A stretch of 64,000 nucleotides of DNA from Pristiophorus japonicus (GCF_044704955.1 NC_091978.1:316076001-316140000); one strand, 5' to 3'; shown: positions 50,718 through 63,985, counted from the stretch's first letter. Notes: generated by a model from the letters alone, not told the origin. Made by a program: numbers and translations.

Positions 50718-53700
50718 CATAAAAGGGAATCCAAAAGTCTTCTATAGCCATATAAATAGTTAACGGGTAGTAAGAGGAGGGGTGGGGCCGATTAGGGACC
50801 AAAATGAAAACTTGCGCATGGAGGCAGAGGGCATGGCTGAGGTAATAAATGAGCACTTTGCATCTGTCTTTACCAAGGAAGAGGATGCTACCAAAGTCAC
50901 AGTGAATGAGGAGGTAGTTGAGATTCTGGATGGAATAAAAATTGATAAGGAGTAGTTACTAGAAAGGCCGTCTGTACGTAAAGTAGATAAGTCACCAGGA
51001 CCAGATGGGATGCATCCTAGAATGCTGAGGAAAGTAAACGTGGAAATTGCGGAGGTACTGGCCAAAATCTTCCAAATCCTCCTTCGATATGGGGCTGGTA
51101 CACCGCTGTTCAAAAAAGGGTGTAAGGATGAACCCAGCAACTACAGGCCGGTCAGTTTAACCTCAGTCGTGGGTAAGCTGTTAGAAACGATAATCTCGGA
51201 CAAAATTAACAGTCACTTGGACAAGTATGGGTTAATTAAGGAAAGCCAGCATGGTTTTGTTAAAGGCAAATCGTGTTTACCTAACTTGATCGGGTTTTTT
51301 GATAAGGTAACAGAGAGGGTTGATGAGGGCAATGCGGCTGATGTGGTGTACATGGACATAAAAGGCGATCGATAAAGTGCCACATAATAGGCTTGCCAGC
51401 AAAGTTGAAGCCCATGAAATAAAAGGGACAGTGACAACATAGAGACAAAATTGGCTAAGAAACAGGAAACAGAGAGAAGTGATGAATGGTTGTTTTTCGG
51501 ACAGCAAGAACGTATACAGTGGTGTTCCCAGGGGTTGGTACTAGGATGATGATGATGATGATGACTAGGACCACTGCTTTGCTTGTGGGAAACTGTTCAA
51601 CCTTCGTTGATTCCAGGCCAGGTCCAAGACCACCCCAACGTCTGTTGGCAAGCTACAGTACGCGGACAACGCCTGCATCTGCGCATATACAGAGGCTGAA
51701 CTCCATGTCATAGTCAACATATTTCATCATTATCATCATCATAGGCAGTCCCTCGGAATCGAGGAAGATTTGCTTCCACTTAAAATGAGTCCTTAGGTGG
51801 CTGAACAGTCCAATATGAGAACCACAGTCCCTGTCACAGGTGGGACAGATAGTCATTGAGGGAAAGGGAGGGTGGGATTGGTTTGCCGCACACTCTTTCC
51901 GCTGCCTGCGCTTGATTTCTGTATGCTCTCGGCGACGAGACTCGAGATGCTCAGCGCCCTCCCGGATGCACTTCCTCCACTTAGGGCAGTTTTTGGCCAG
52001 GGACTCCCAGGTGTCAGTGGGGATGTTGCACTTTATCAGGGAGGCTTTGAGGGTGTCTCAACGTATTTACTGAGGCATACGAAAGCTTGGGCCTTACGCT
52101 AAACATCCGTAAGACAAAGGTCCTCCACCAGCCTGTCTTCGCCGCACAGCACTGCCCCCCAGTCATCAAGATCCACGGCCCGGCCGAGGACAACATGAAC
52201 CATTTCCCATACCTCGGGAGCCTCTTATCAACAAGAGCAGACATTGACGACGAGATTCAACACCGCCTCCAGTGTGCCAGCGCAGTTTTCAGCCGCCTGA
52301 GGAAAAGAGTGTTCAAAGACCAGGCCCCCAAATCCACCGCCAAACTCATGGTCTACAGGGCTGAAGTAATACTCGCCCTCCTGTATGGCTCAGAGACATG
52401 GACCATGTACAGTAGACACCTCAAGCCACTGGCGAAATACCACCAACGATGTCTCCGCAAGATCCTACAAAGCCCTTGGGAGGACAGACGCACCAACATT
52501 CAGGCCAACATCCCCAGCATCGAAGCACTGACCACACTTGACCAGCTCCACTGGGCAGGCCACATTGTTCTCATGCCAGACATGAGACTCCCAAAGCAAG
52601 TGGTCCACTCGGAACTCCTTCACGGCAAATGAGCCAAAGGTGGGCAGAGAAAACGTTACAGGGACATCCTCAAAGCCTCCCTGATAAAGTGCAACATTGC
52701 CACTGACACCTGGGAGTCCCTAGCCAAAGACCACCCTAAGTGGAGGAATTGCATCCCGGAAGGCACTGAGCATCTCGAGTCTCATCGCCGAGAGCATGCA
52801 GAAATCAAGCGCAGGCAACGGAAAGAGCATGTGGCAAACCAGTCCCACCCACCCTTTCCCTCAACGGCTATCTGCCCCACCTGTGACAGGGATTGTGGTT
52901 TTCGTATTGGACTGTTCAGCCACCTAATGATTCATTTTTAGAGTGGAAGCAAGTCTTCCTCAATTCTGAGGGTCTGCCTATGATGATGATGATGATGATG
53001 ACTAGGACCACTGCATTGCTTGATAAATATTAATGTTTTACACTTGGGCGTACAGGACACAATTTCAAAATTTGCAGATGACACTAAACTTGAAAAAAAA
53101 GGAGAATAGTGAAAGACTTCAAGAAGACATAGACAGGCTGGTGGAATGGGTGGATATCTGGCAGGTGACATTTAATGCAAAAGTGAAAAGTAATACATTT
53201 AGGTAAGAAGAATGAGGAGAGGCAATATAAACTAAAGGCTACAATTCTAAAGTGGGTGCATGAACAGAGAAACCTGGGGGTATATGTGCACAAATCATTG
53301 AAGGTGGCAGGGCAGGTTGAGAAAGTGGTTAAAAAAGCAAAAAGGATCCTAGGCTTCATAAATAGAGGCATAGAGTGCAAAAGCAAGGAAGTTATCATGA
53401 ACCTGTATAAAACACTGCTTCGGCCTCAACTGGACTATTGTGTCCAATTCTGGGCACTGCACTTTAGGAAGAATGTGAAGGCCTGAGAGAGGGTGCAGAA
53501 AAGTTTACAAGAATGGTTCCAGGGATGAGGGACTTCAGTTACGTAGATAGACTGGAGAAGCTGGGGTTGTTCTCCTTAGAGCAGAGAAGGTTGAGAGGAG
53601 ATTTGATAGATGTGTTCAAAATCATGAGGGGTCTAAAAAGTGTAAATATAGAGAAACTGTTCCAATTGGTGGAAGGGTCGAGAACCAGAGGACACAGATT

Positions 53701-53972
53701 TAAGAGCCAAAGGCAGAAGAGCCAAAGGCGACACGGCGAAAAACTTTTTTATGCAGCGAATGGTTAAGATCTGGAATGTACTGCCTGAAAATATGGCGGA
53801 GGCAGATTCAATTGTGGCTTTCAAAAGCGAATTAGATATGTACCTGAAGGAAGAAAATTTGCAGGGCTCTGGGGAAAAGGCGGGGGAGTGGGATTAGCTG
53901 AAGTGCTCTTGCAGAGAGCCGGCATGAGCCCAATGGGCCAAATGGCCTCCTTCTGTGCTGTAACCATTCTAT
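50718..53972 (+). mobile_element. Decayed CR1, interrupted by RTE insertions (copy 2 at ~57623-60860)
   Basis: KSPGPDGMHPR, NYRPVSLTS, QHGF, FADD, YCVQFW; CR1 3' UTR. Confidence 0.88.
51586..53000 (+). mobile_element. 5'-truncated RTE LINE containing an inverted RTE 3' fragment (51725-52057); copy 2 at 58484-59888
   Basis: LQYADN, GLTLNIRKTK, LLYGSETW, WAGH; (atg)n tail; 22-bp TSD at 51564-51585 / 53001-53022; inner 11-bp TSD tcaac(a/g)tattt. Confidence 0.9.
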
Positions 53973-54832
53973 GGACTCAATTTTCCCCAAAGCTGTTTTT
54001 TGGCGCACTTAAAGAGTTACGTCCATTTTTTGGGGGTCCCAAGTACGGCAAAAAAAATCATCCAAGTTTCCCCTTTTGAATTCTTCATTTTGGCGCCACC
54101 TAACCTGTTGTGGGGCTGGAGCCCAAGATCTGCACCAAAAAGATCGGGTTGCCACGGTAACCAGGGACACAATGCAGGTTGAGTCTGGAAAGTGTAACAT
54201 ACAGCCAGCTCACAGCAATCTGCACAAGCGTTTTACAGCAACTTACCAAGCACGTTAAACATTGCAGCAACTTACCTCCATTAAATTATTAAAGTGTAAT
54301 GATAAAAGTCTATCTCCCTCCCACCCCCTCCCCACCCACCGATGCCGATCCCAGCCCATGGACCTATCCCTGGCCGAATGGCCTCCCGGTTCCGGTCATC
54401 ACACCTATCCGAGGCCGAATGGCCTCCTTCCTCCCGATCCCCGCACCTAACTATGCCTGAAAAGCTTCCCCCCCCTCTCTCCCACTCTCTCTCACCTCTC
54501 TACTGCTGCTGTCCGGGCATCTGCTGTGCTGATTTACTTACCTGCGGCTATTTTCTTAACTCACCTGAAGGTTTTTCCACAGAGGCCATATACGCCATCC
54601 TAAAAAGAATTGGAGTAAAGCGGAGCTGGCCAAACTTGCTTAACTGGCTAGAATTGGCGCGGGTGGCAAGTTACACCACCTATGACAGGAAAAAAAACTA
54701 ACCTAAAAATATTGTAACTAACTGAGTTACGCCAGCACACATTGATTGGGGAAACTTGTATTTTTTAACTTAGGCCAAAAAAAGCGGCGCGTGCCAAAAA
54801 AACGGCGCGAATCACTGGGGAAAATTGAGCCT
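53973..54832. mobile_element. MITE inserted in the CR1 tail (copy 2 at 60861-61697)
   Basis: TIRs GGACTCAATTTTCCCC / GGGGAAAATTGAGCCT; flanks tat/tag. Confidence 0.8.
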
Positions 54833-55516
54833 TAGGTTTCTATGACTCTAATTGTCAATATTATTCAGCAATTTAGAGATCTGGAAATTACCTTCAACAC
54901 TCCAACAGCAATCTTCAAATGAAATGTGTACAAGGCTGCTTTAAATATTCGCACAGAGCTGCTCCGTTTAATTGGGCCAGGAAACGCATGACTCTTTTAA
55001 TTGGAGCCATTGAGTTAAACACGCAGTGCAGAACGCACTGTTCAAATCTTCGGGATGCCGACCCGCTACGCAGCCTGCGCGCAGCCGACCTGACTCCTGG
55101 TTAAAGATTCCAGCCGATGTTTCCGCATGTGGAGGAGACCAATACTCGGCGACATAACTACAAGATCACCACTAATAAATCCAATAGGGAATTTGAGTAA
55201 TACTTCTTTACCAGAAAGTGGTTAGAATGTGGAACTCGCTGCCACAAGGAGTAGTTGAGGTGAATTGCATTGATGCGTTTAAGGGGAAAATGGATAAACA
55301 CACGAGGGAGAAATTAATAGAAGGTTATGCTGATAGGGTGAGAGGAAGAGGGGTATGAGGAGGCACGTGTGGAGCATAAACTCCGGTATGGACCAGTTGA
55401 GCCGAATGGCCTGTTTCTGTGCTGTACATTCTATGTAATATTTATCCAAATGCTTAGTCACTCCACCTCTAATAACAGATTCAAGTAACATCCCCAACTC
55501 AGATGTTAGATGAATA

Positions 55517-58500
55517 GGTTTGATAGGGTAGACGTAGAGAAAATGGCCAGAATTTTACCGGTGCCGAGTGTGCGCGTTTGGGGATGGGTCAGAAGTTAAA
55601 TTCACGGAAATTGACAGCGCATCACCATATGAGTGACTGTTGTATGCCATGTGGCAGTGTGAGATTTAATTCTGTCACCAGGTTGCTGGAAGGTCCCCCC
55701 CCCCCCGCCTCTCCATCTCCCACCGCCAGCACTCTGCAACTCCAGAGATCTCTAGGGCCTCCTCCTCTGCTGCAGTCAATTGAGTGAATATTGGAGGGCC
55801 ACCTCCGGTTTTAGATTTTCAAAAGGCATTCGATAAGGTGCCACACAAAAGGTTACTGCAGAAGATAAGGGTACGCGGAGTCAGAGGAAATGTATTAGCA
55901 TGGATAGAGAATTGGCTGATGAACAGAAAGCAGAGAGTCGGGATAAATGGGTCCTTTTCGGGTTGAAAATCGGTGGTTAGTGGTGTGCCACAGGGCTCGG
56001 TGCTGGGACCACAACTGTTTACAATATACATAGATGACCTGGAAGAGGGGACAGAGTGTAGTGTAACAAAATTTGCAGATGACACAAAGATTATTGGGAA
56101 AGCGGGTTGTGTAGAGGACACAGAAAGGCTGCAAAGAGATTTAGATAGGTTAAGCGAATGGGCTAAGGTTTGGCAGATGGAATACAATGTCGGAAAGTGT
56201 GAGGTCATCCACCTTGGGGGAAAAAAACAGTAAAAGGGAATATTATTTGAATGGGGAGAAATTACAACATGCTGTGGTGCAGAGGGACCTGGGGGTCCTT
56301 GTGCATGAATCCCAAAAAGTTAGTTTGCAGGTGCAGCAGGTAATCAGGAAGGTGAATGGAATGTTGGCCTTCATTGCGAGAGGGATGGAGTACAAAAGCA
56401 GGGAGGTCCTTCTGCAACTGTATAGGGTATTGTTGAGGTCGCACCTAAAGTACTGCGTGCAGTTTTGGTCACCTTACTTAAGGAAGGATATACTAGCTTT
56501 GGAGGGGCTACAGAGACAATTCACGAGGCTGATTCCGGAGATGAGGGGGTTACCTTATGATGATAGATTGTGTAGACTGGGTCTTTACTCGTTGGAGTTC
56601 AGAAGGATATGGGGTGATCTTATAGAAACATTTAAAATAATGAAAGGGATAGACAAGATAGAGGCAGAGAGGTTGTTTCCGCTGATCGGGGAGACTAGAA
56701 CTAGGGGGCACAACCTCAAAATACGGGGGAGCCAATTTAAAACCGATTGAGAAGGAATTTCTTCTCCCAGAGGGTTGTGAATCTGTGAAATTCTCTGCCC
56801 AAGGAAGCAGTTGAGGCTAGCTCATTGAATGTATTCAAGTCACAGATAGAGAGATTTTTAACCAATAAGGGAATTAAGGGTTACGGGGAGCGGGCGGGTA
56901 AGTGGAGCTGAGTCCACGGCCAGATCAGCCATGATCTTGTTGAATGGCGGAGCAGGCTCGAGGGGCTAGATGGCCTACTCCTGTTCCTAATTCTTATGTT
57001 CTTATGTTCTCTGCCTTTCCCTGTTGTTGTGGCAAGGAGGGAAAGAAGAGAACGTTGAGTGAGAGTGATGAAATGAGTGTAAGGAATGGATGAGGTACAT
57101 CTGTAGAGGGTGACCATGAGGGATTGGCATGAATTGCCAAATGGCCTCGTTCTGTGGTGTTATTTGCTATGATTGCATTAGGATGAGGGTGAGTGTCAGG
57201 TGTGGTTAATCAGATGGGAATTTGTGTAGATGCAAAGAGAGTGAGGGATGGGTGGACCTGCAAGATAGGTTGGTGTGAGGAATGGTGTGCATGAGTAGAC
57301 TTGGTAAGGCAGAGTGATGGAGTTGGGGTGACAGGCACATCAGGATGTAGGTGAGTATGGCATTGCACTCACCTTGCCTGACCTTATGAGATCATTGAAT
57401 CTCTTGCGGCACCGGATCTACGTCCTCCTCACCACAACCCTGCTGTGCTCTGTGCTGTCCAGCCATGCCCTCTTAGTGTCTCTTATGCTGGTCTTTTTCT
57501 GGATTCTGCAGGGAAGAGGAACTCCTAGCATGCTCTTACTCCCTAGACCAGCACTTCCAGGAAGGCATCTAGAAATCATAGGGCTGCCCTCTGCCTTTGT
57601 ATCTCCATGACCCACAGAATAACATAAAAGGGAATCCAAAAGTCTTCTATAGCCATATAAATAGTTAGTAAGAGGAGGGGTGGGGCCGATTAGGGACCAA
57701 AATGAAAACTTGCGCATGGAGGCAGAGGGCATGGCTGAGGTAATAAATGAGCACTTTGCATCTGTCTTTGCCAAGGAAGAGGATGCTACCAAAGTCACAG
57801 TGAATGAGGAGGTAGTTGAGATTCTGGATGGAATAAAAATTGATAAGGAGTAGTTACTAGAAAGGCCGTCTGTACGTAAAGTAGATAAGTCACCAGGACC
57901 AGATGGGATGCATCCTAGAATGCTGAGGAAAGTAAACGTGGAAATTGCGGAGGTACTGGCCAAAATTTTCCAAATCCTCCTTCGATATGGGGCTGGTACA
58001 CCGCTGTTCAAAAAAGGGTGTAAGGATGAACCCAGCAACTACAGGCCGGTCAGTTTAACCTCAGTCGTGGGTAAGCTGTTAGAAACGATAATCTCGGACA
58101 AAATTAACAGTCACTTGGACAAGTATGGGTTAATTAAGGAAAGCCAGCACGGTTTTGTTAAAGGCAAATCGTGTTTACCTAACTTGATCGGGTTTTTTGA
58201 TAAGGTAACAGAGAGGGTTGATGAGGGCAATGCGGCTGATGTGGTGTACATGGACATAAAAGGCGTTCGATAAAGTGCCACATAATAGGCTTGCCAGCAA
58301 AGTTGAAGCCCATGAAATAAAAGGGACAGTGACAACATAGAGACAAAATTGGCTAAGAAACAGGAAACAGAGAGAAGTGATGAATGGTTGTTTTTCGGAC
58401 AGCAAGAACGTATACAGTGGTGTTCCCAGGGGTTGGTACTAGGATGATGATGATGATGATGACTAGGACCACTGCTTTGCTTGTGGGAAACTGTTCAACC

Positions 58501-61500
58501 TTCGTTGATTCCAGGCCAGGTCCAAGACCACCCCAACGTCTGTTGGCAAGCTACAGTACGTGGACAACGCCTGCATCTGCGCATATACAGAGGCTGAACT
58601 CCATGTCATAGTCAACATATTTCATCATTATCATCATCATAGGCAGTCCCTCGGAATCGAGGAAGATTTGCTTCCACTTAAAATGAGTCCTTAGGTGGCT
58701 GAACAGTCCAATATGAGAACCACAGTCCCTGTCACAGGTGGGACAGATAGTCATTGAGGGAAAGGGAGGGTGGGATTGGTTTGCCGCACACTCTTTCCGC
58801 TGCCTGCGCTTGATTTCTGTATGCTCTCGGCGACGAGACTCGAGATGCTCAGCGCCCTCCCGGATGCACTTCCTCCACTTAGGGCAGTCTTTGGCCAGGG
58901 ACTCCCAGGTGTCAGTGGGGATGTTGCACTTTATCAGGGAGGCTTTGAGGGTGTCTCAACGTATTTACTGAGGCATACGAAAGCTTGGGCCTTATGCTAA
59001 ACATCCGTAAGACAAAGGTCCTCCACCAGCCTGTCTTCGCCGCACAGCACTGCCCCCCAGTCATCAAGATCCACGGCGCGGCCGAGGACAACATGAACCA
59101 TTTCCCATACCTCGGGAGCCTCTTATCAACAAGAGCAGACATTCAACACCGCCTCCAGTGTGCCAGCGCAGTTTTCAGCCGCCTGAGGAAAAGAGTGTTC
59201 AAAGACCAGGCCCCCAAATCCACCGCCAAACTCATGGTCTACAGGGCTGAAGTAATACTCGCCCTCCTGTATGGCTCAGAGTCATGGACCATGTACAGTA
59301 GACACCTCAAGCCACTGGCGAAATACCACCAACGATGTCTCCGCAAGATCCTACAAAGCCCTTGGGAGGACAGACGCACCAACATTCAGGCCAACATCCC
59401 CAGCATCGAAGCACTGACCACACTTGACCAGCTCCACTGGGCAGGCCACATTGTTCTCATGCCAGACACGAGACTCCCAAAGCAAGTGGTCCACTCGGAA
59501 CTCCTTCACGGCAAATGAGCCAAAGGTGGGCAGAGAAAACGTTACAGGGACATCCTCAAAGCCTCCCTGATAAAGTGCAACATTGCCACTGACACCTGGG
59601 AGTCCCTAGCCAAAGACCACCCTAAGTGGAGGAATTGCATCCCGGAAGGCACTGAGCATCTCGAGTCTCATCGCCGAGAGCATGCAGAAATCAAGCGCAG
59701 GCAGCGGAAAGAGCATGTGGCAAACCAGTCCCACCCACCCATCCCTCAACGGCTATCTGCCCCACCTGTGACAGGGATTGTGGTTTTCGTATTGGACTGT
59801 TCAGCCACCTAATGATTCATTTTTAGAGTGGAAGCAAGTCTTCCTCGATTCTGAGGGACTGCCTATGATGATGATGATGATGATGATGACTAGGACCACT
59901 GCTTTGCTTGATAAATATTAATGTCTTACACTTGGGCGTACAGGACACAATTTCAAAATTTGCAGATGACACAAAACTTGAAAAAAAAGGAGAATAGTGA
60001 TAGACTTCAAGAAGACATAGACAGGCTGGTGGAATGGGTGGATATCTGGCAGGTGACATTTAATGCAAAAGTGAAAAGTAATACATTTAGGTAGGAAGAA
60101 TGAGGAGAGGCAATAAAAACTAAAGGCTACAATTCTAAAGAGGGTGCATGAACAGAGAAACCTGGGGGTATATGTGCACAAATCATTGAAGGTGGCAGGG
60201 CAGGTTGAGAAAGTGGTTAAAAAAGCAAAAAGGATCCTAGGCTTCATAAATAGTGGCATAGAGTGCAAAAGCAAGGAAGTTATGATGAACCTGTATAAAA
60301 CACTGCTTCGGCCTCAACTGGATTATTGTGTCCAATTCTGGGCACTGCACTTTAGGAAGGATGTGAAGGCCTGAGAGAGGGTGCAGAAAAGTTTACAAGA
60401 ATGGTTCCAGGGATGAGGGACTTCAGTTACGTAGATAGACTGGAGAAGCTGGGGTTGTTCTCCTTAGAGCAGAGAAGGTTGAGAGGAGATTTGATAGATG
60501 TGTTCAAAATCATGAGGGGTCTAAAAAGTGTAAATATAGAGAAACTGTTCCAATTGGTGGAAGGGTCGAGAACCAGAGGACACAGATTTAAGAGCCAAAG
60601 GCAGAAGAGCCAAAGGCGACATGGGGAAAAACTTTTTTATGCAGCGAATGGTTAAGATCTGGAATGTACTGCCTGAAAATATGGCAGAGGCAGATTCAAT
60701 CATGGCTTTCAAAAGCCAATTAGATATGTACCTGAAGGAAGAAAATTTGCAGGGCTCTGGGGAAAAGGCGGGGGAGTGGGACTAGCTGAAGTGCTCTTGC
60801 AGAGAGCCGGCATGAGCCCAATGGGCCAAATGGCCTCCTTCTGTGCTGTAACCATTCTATGGACTCAATTTTCCCCAAAGCAGTTTTTTGGCGCACTTAA
60901 ACAGTTACATCCATTTTTTGGGGGTCCCAAGTACGGCAAAAAATCCAAGTTTCCCCTTTTGAATTCTTCATTTTGGCGCCACCTAACCTGTTGTGGGGCT
61001 GGAGCCCAAGATCTGCGCCAAAAAGATCGGGTTGCCACGGTAACCATGGACACAATGCGGGCTGAGTCTGGAAAGTGTAACATACAGCCAGCTCACAGCA
61101 ATCTGCACAAGCGTTTTACAGCAACTTACCAAGCACGTTAAACATTGCAGCAACTTACCTCCATTAAATGATTAAAGTGTAATGATAAAAGTCTATCTCC
61201 CTCCCACCCCCTTCCCACCCCCTGATGCCGATCCCAGCCCATGGACCTATCCCTGGCCGAATGGCCTCCCGGTCCCGGTCGTCGAACCTATCCGAGGCCG
61301 AATGGCCTCCTTCCTCCCGATCCCCGCACCTAACTATGCCTGAAAAGCTTCCCCCCCCCTCTCTCCCACTCTCTCTCACCTCTCTACTGCTGCTGTCCGG
61401 GCATCTGCTGTGCTGATTTACTTACCTGCGGCGATTTTCTTAGCTCACCTGAAGGTTTTTCCACAGAGGCCATATACGCCATCCTAAAAAGAATTGGAGT

Positions 61501-62383
61501 AAAGCGGAGCTGGGCAAACTTGCTTAACTGGCTAGAATTGGCACGGGTGGTAAGTTACACCACCTATGACAGAAAATAAAATAACCTAAAAATATTGTAA
61601 CTAACTGAGTTACGCCGGCACACATTGATTGGGGAAACTTGTATTTTTTAACTTAGGCCAAAAAAAGCGGCGCGAATCACTGGGGAAAATTGAGCCTTCG
61701 GTTTCTATGACTCTAATTGTCAATATTATTCAGCAATTTAGAGATCTGGAAATTACCTTCAACACTCCTACAGCAATCTTCAAATGAAATGTGTACAAGG
61801 CTGCTTTAAATATTCGCACAGAGCTGCTCCGTTTAATTGGGCCAGGAAACGCATGACTCTTTTAATTGGAGCCATTGAGTTAAACACGCAGTGCAGAACG
61901 CACTGTTCAAATCTTCGGGATGCCGACCTGCTACGCAGCCTGCGCGCAGCCGACCTGACTCCTGGTTAAAGATTCCAGCCGATGTTTCCGCATGTGGAGG
62001 AGACCAATACTCGGGGACATAACTACAAGATCACCACTAATAAATCCAATAGGGAATTTGAGTAATACTTCTTTACCAGAAAGTGGTTAGAATGTGGAAC
62101 TCGCTGCCACAAGGAGTAGTTGAGGTGAATTGCATTGATGCATTTAAGGGGAAAATGGATAAACACACGAGGGAGAAATTAATAGAAGGTTATGCTGATA
62201 GGGTGAGAGGAAGAGGGGTATGAGGAGGCACGTGTGGAGCATAAACTCCGGTATGGACCAGTTGAGCCGAATGGCCTGTTTCTGTGCTGTACATTCTATG
62301 TAATATTTATCCAAATGCTTAGTCTCTCCACCTCTAATAACAGATTCAAGTAACATCCCCAACTCAGATGTTAGATGAATAGG
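55517..62383 (+). repeat. Tandem duplication, copy 2
   Basis: Differs from copy 1 by scattered SNPs and small indels (e.g. 7 bp near 50762, 12 bp near 52246). Confidence 0.97.
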
Positions 62384-62990
62384 CCTATATCTCTCCTAGC
62401 CTTCCTAAGTAATTGCCAATTTTCCATTCCAAAGGGACATTTCCTGAATCGAGAGAGTTTTGGAAGATCATGACTAGAGCACCTATAATTTCCTCACCTA
62501 TTTATTTTAATACCCTGGAGTGGAAACCATCGGGTCTTGGAGATCTCTATTTTTTGTGTCATTATTTTCTCCATTACCATTTTTTTACTTCTATTAAATC
62601 AAGTAAGTTTCTTCCTTAGATTTATTTTTAGTTTTCCTTGTATCTCTGGTACTTTATCCTAATCTTCTATTGTGAAGACAGATAACAAAGGAAGTATTTT
62701 CAATTACAATATCACCTCTGTCTGTCTTTACAGGGCCTGCATCACTCTTAGCCACCCTCTTTCTCTTAATATACTTGTAAAAGTCTTTAGTGTTATCCTT
62801 GATAACCCTCACAGATTTTTTCTCATATTCCCTTTTTGCAGCTCTTCCTATATCTCTCCCAGTCTGGGGGATCTCCACTGTTCTTTGCATTGTACAGAGA
62901 CACTGCAACTTTTTCCCAATCACTAAAATCTTTTTGAAATATCTATTTGTAGTTAACAGATATTTGACTAATTTTCTGATGTATCCTTTT
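62305..62990 (-). mobile_element. Old CR1 ORF2 fragment
   Basis: AKREYEK...KDNTKDFYKYIKRKR. Confidence 0.75.
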
Positions 62991-63212
62991 GTCTTCTAAA
63001 ATGTCCACAGTCAAAGACTGCAGAGCAACATCTGGTTTCTATACTGAAGCTGCTTCTTAAAATGGAACAGAAACTAATCTGGAGTTATTTAAACAAACAA
63101 ACTCATAAGACAAGCAAAACAGTTTACTGTTTCATTTTGTTCAAGCATACAGATCAGACCAAGTGAACAGCTGCAACACTAAAGGTAAATCACAGAAGCA
63201 GAGAGTCCCATA

Positions 63213-63276
63213 ATGAAGACTAAACATATGCTGGTGCCACTTGCAGCAATTCTACTTTACACAGCTCTTCCAGCAG
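63213..63276 (+). CDS. Probable first coding (signal-peptide) exon of a host secreted or membrane protein gene
   Basis: ATG-MKTKHMLVPLAAILLYTALPA-G|GTAAGG: 21 codons + 1 nt, phase-1 consensus donor, A at -3, unique DNA. Confidence 0.6.
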
Positions 63277-63769
63277 GTAAGGTTTTTAATAATGATTATA
63301 TTTCACTTTATAGCATATGATGAGTACATTTTCCTGTTTTGTTAACCTATAGAGATATAGAAAGACTAGGGTCTTCTCCATGATAATTAGACACAGTATC
63401 AGTGAGCATATTGCATCTTGAGATACTGGTATGAGCTTTTGCAGCAGATCAATGATATACATTTAGCATTCATTGATTTATCAAAGTTCATTTGTGAACA
63501 GTGATATTGTGCACTGCATTGCTGTAAACTAAAGGGAAAATGGTCAATTTTTGCACACTTTGGTCACAGACAAAAACAACTAAGAATGTTTAACTTACCT
63601 GACAGTTATTCTTATCACGTCTAAACACACATTTCAAATGTGTCTGTCAGCCCTAATGTTAAAGTCCTTCTAGTTTCTCATCACTGCAAGATAGCTACAG
63701 ATTAAGCAGTAGCTATGTTAGCTACCTGTTGTGTATGTCAAAATGGAAAGGAGCATTACCCTTTGGTCA

Positions 63770-63985
63770 GAGACCCTTCATTTAGTGGGCTGAGCTGCTT
63801 TAGTGATGTTGATTGAGGGATAAATGTTAACCAGGGTAGACCTCCCCTGCTCATCTTCAAATAGTGTGATGGCAACTTTTATGTCCACTTGTGGGGGCAG
63901 ACAATGATTTGATTCAATGTCTCATTCTGAAAACGGATGAAAGTGACACGACTAGACCCACTCTACAATGTTCTCAGTCACACCA
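63770..63985 (-). mobile_element. Degraded DeuSINE-like (SacSINE1/AmnSINE-type) relic
   Basis: cccctgctcatcttcaaatagtg...cttttatgtccac...ggggcagac...gtctcattctgaaa resembles the Deu domain as I recall it. Confidence 0.55.

Larger units (their letters stand above)
48637..55115. mobile_element. Harbinger-type element with a Myb/SANT remnant, expanded by nested CR1/RTE/MITE insertions (copy 2 at 55545-61980)
   Basis: Imperfect TIRs GGCCAGAATTTT / AAGATTCCAGCC; flanks aat/gat; Myb exon inside. Confidence 0.7.
48363..55438 (+). mobile_element. Old CR1 3' fragment, split into 48363-48636 and 55116-55438 by a TIR element
   Basis: gtagacgtagagaaaat ... gatgtttcc rejoins to KGFDRVDVEKMFP. Confidence 0.75.
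48609..55516 (+). repeat. Tandem duplication, copy 1 (~6.9 kb)
   Basis: Near-identical to 55517-62383; ORF-track translations recur at an offset of ~6.9 kb. Confidence 0.97.

Noticed and set aside
51545-60059. Poly-Met and poly-His peptides in the ORF track
   Set aside because: Translations of RTE (ATG)n tails.
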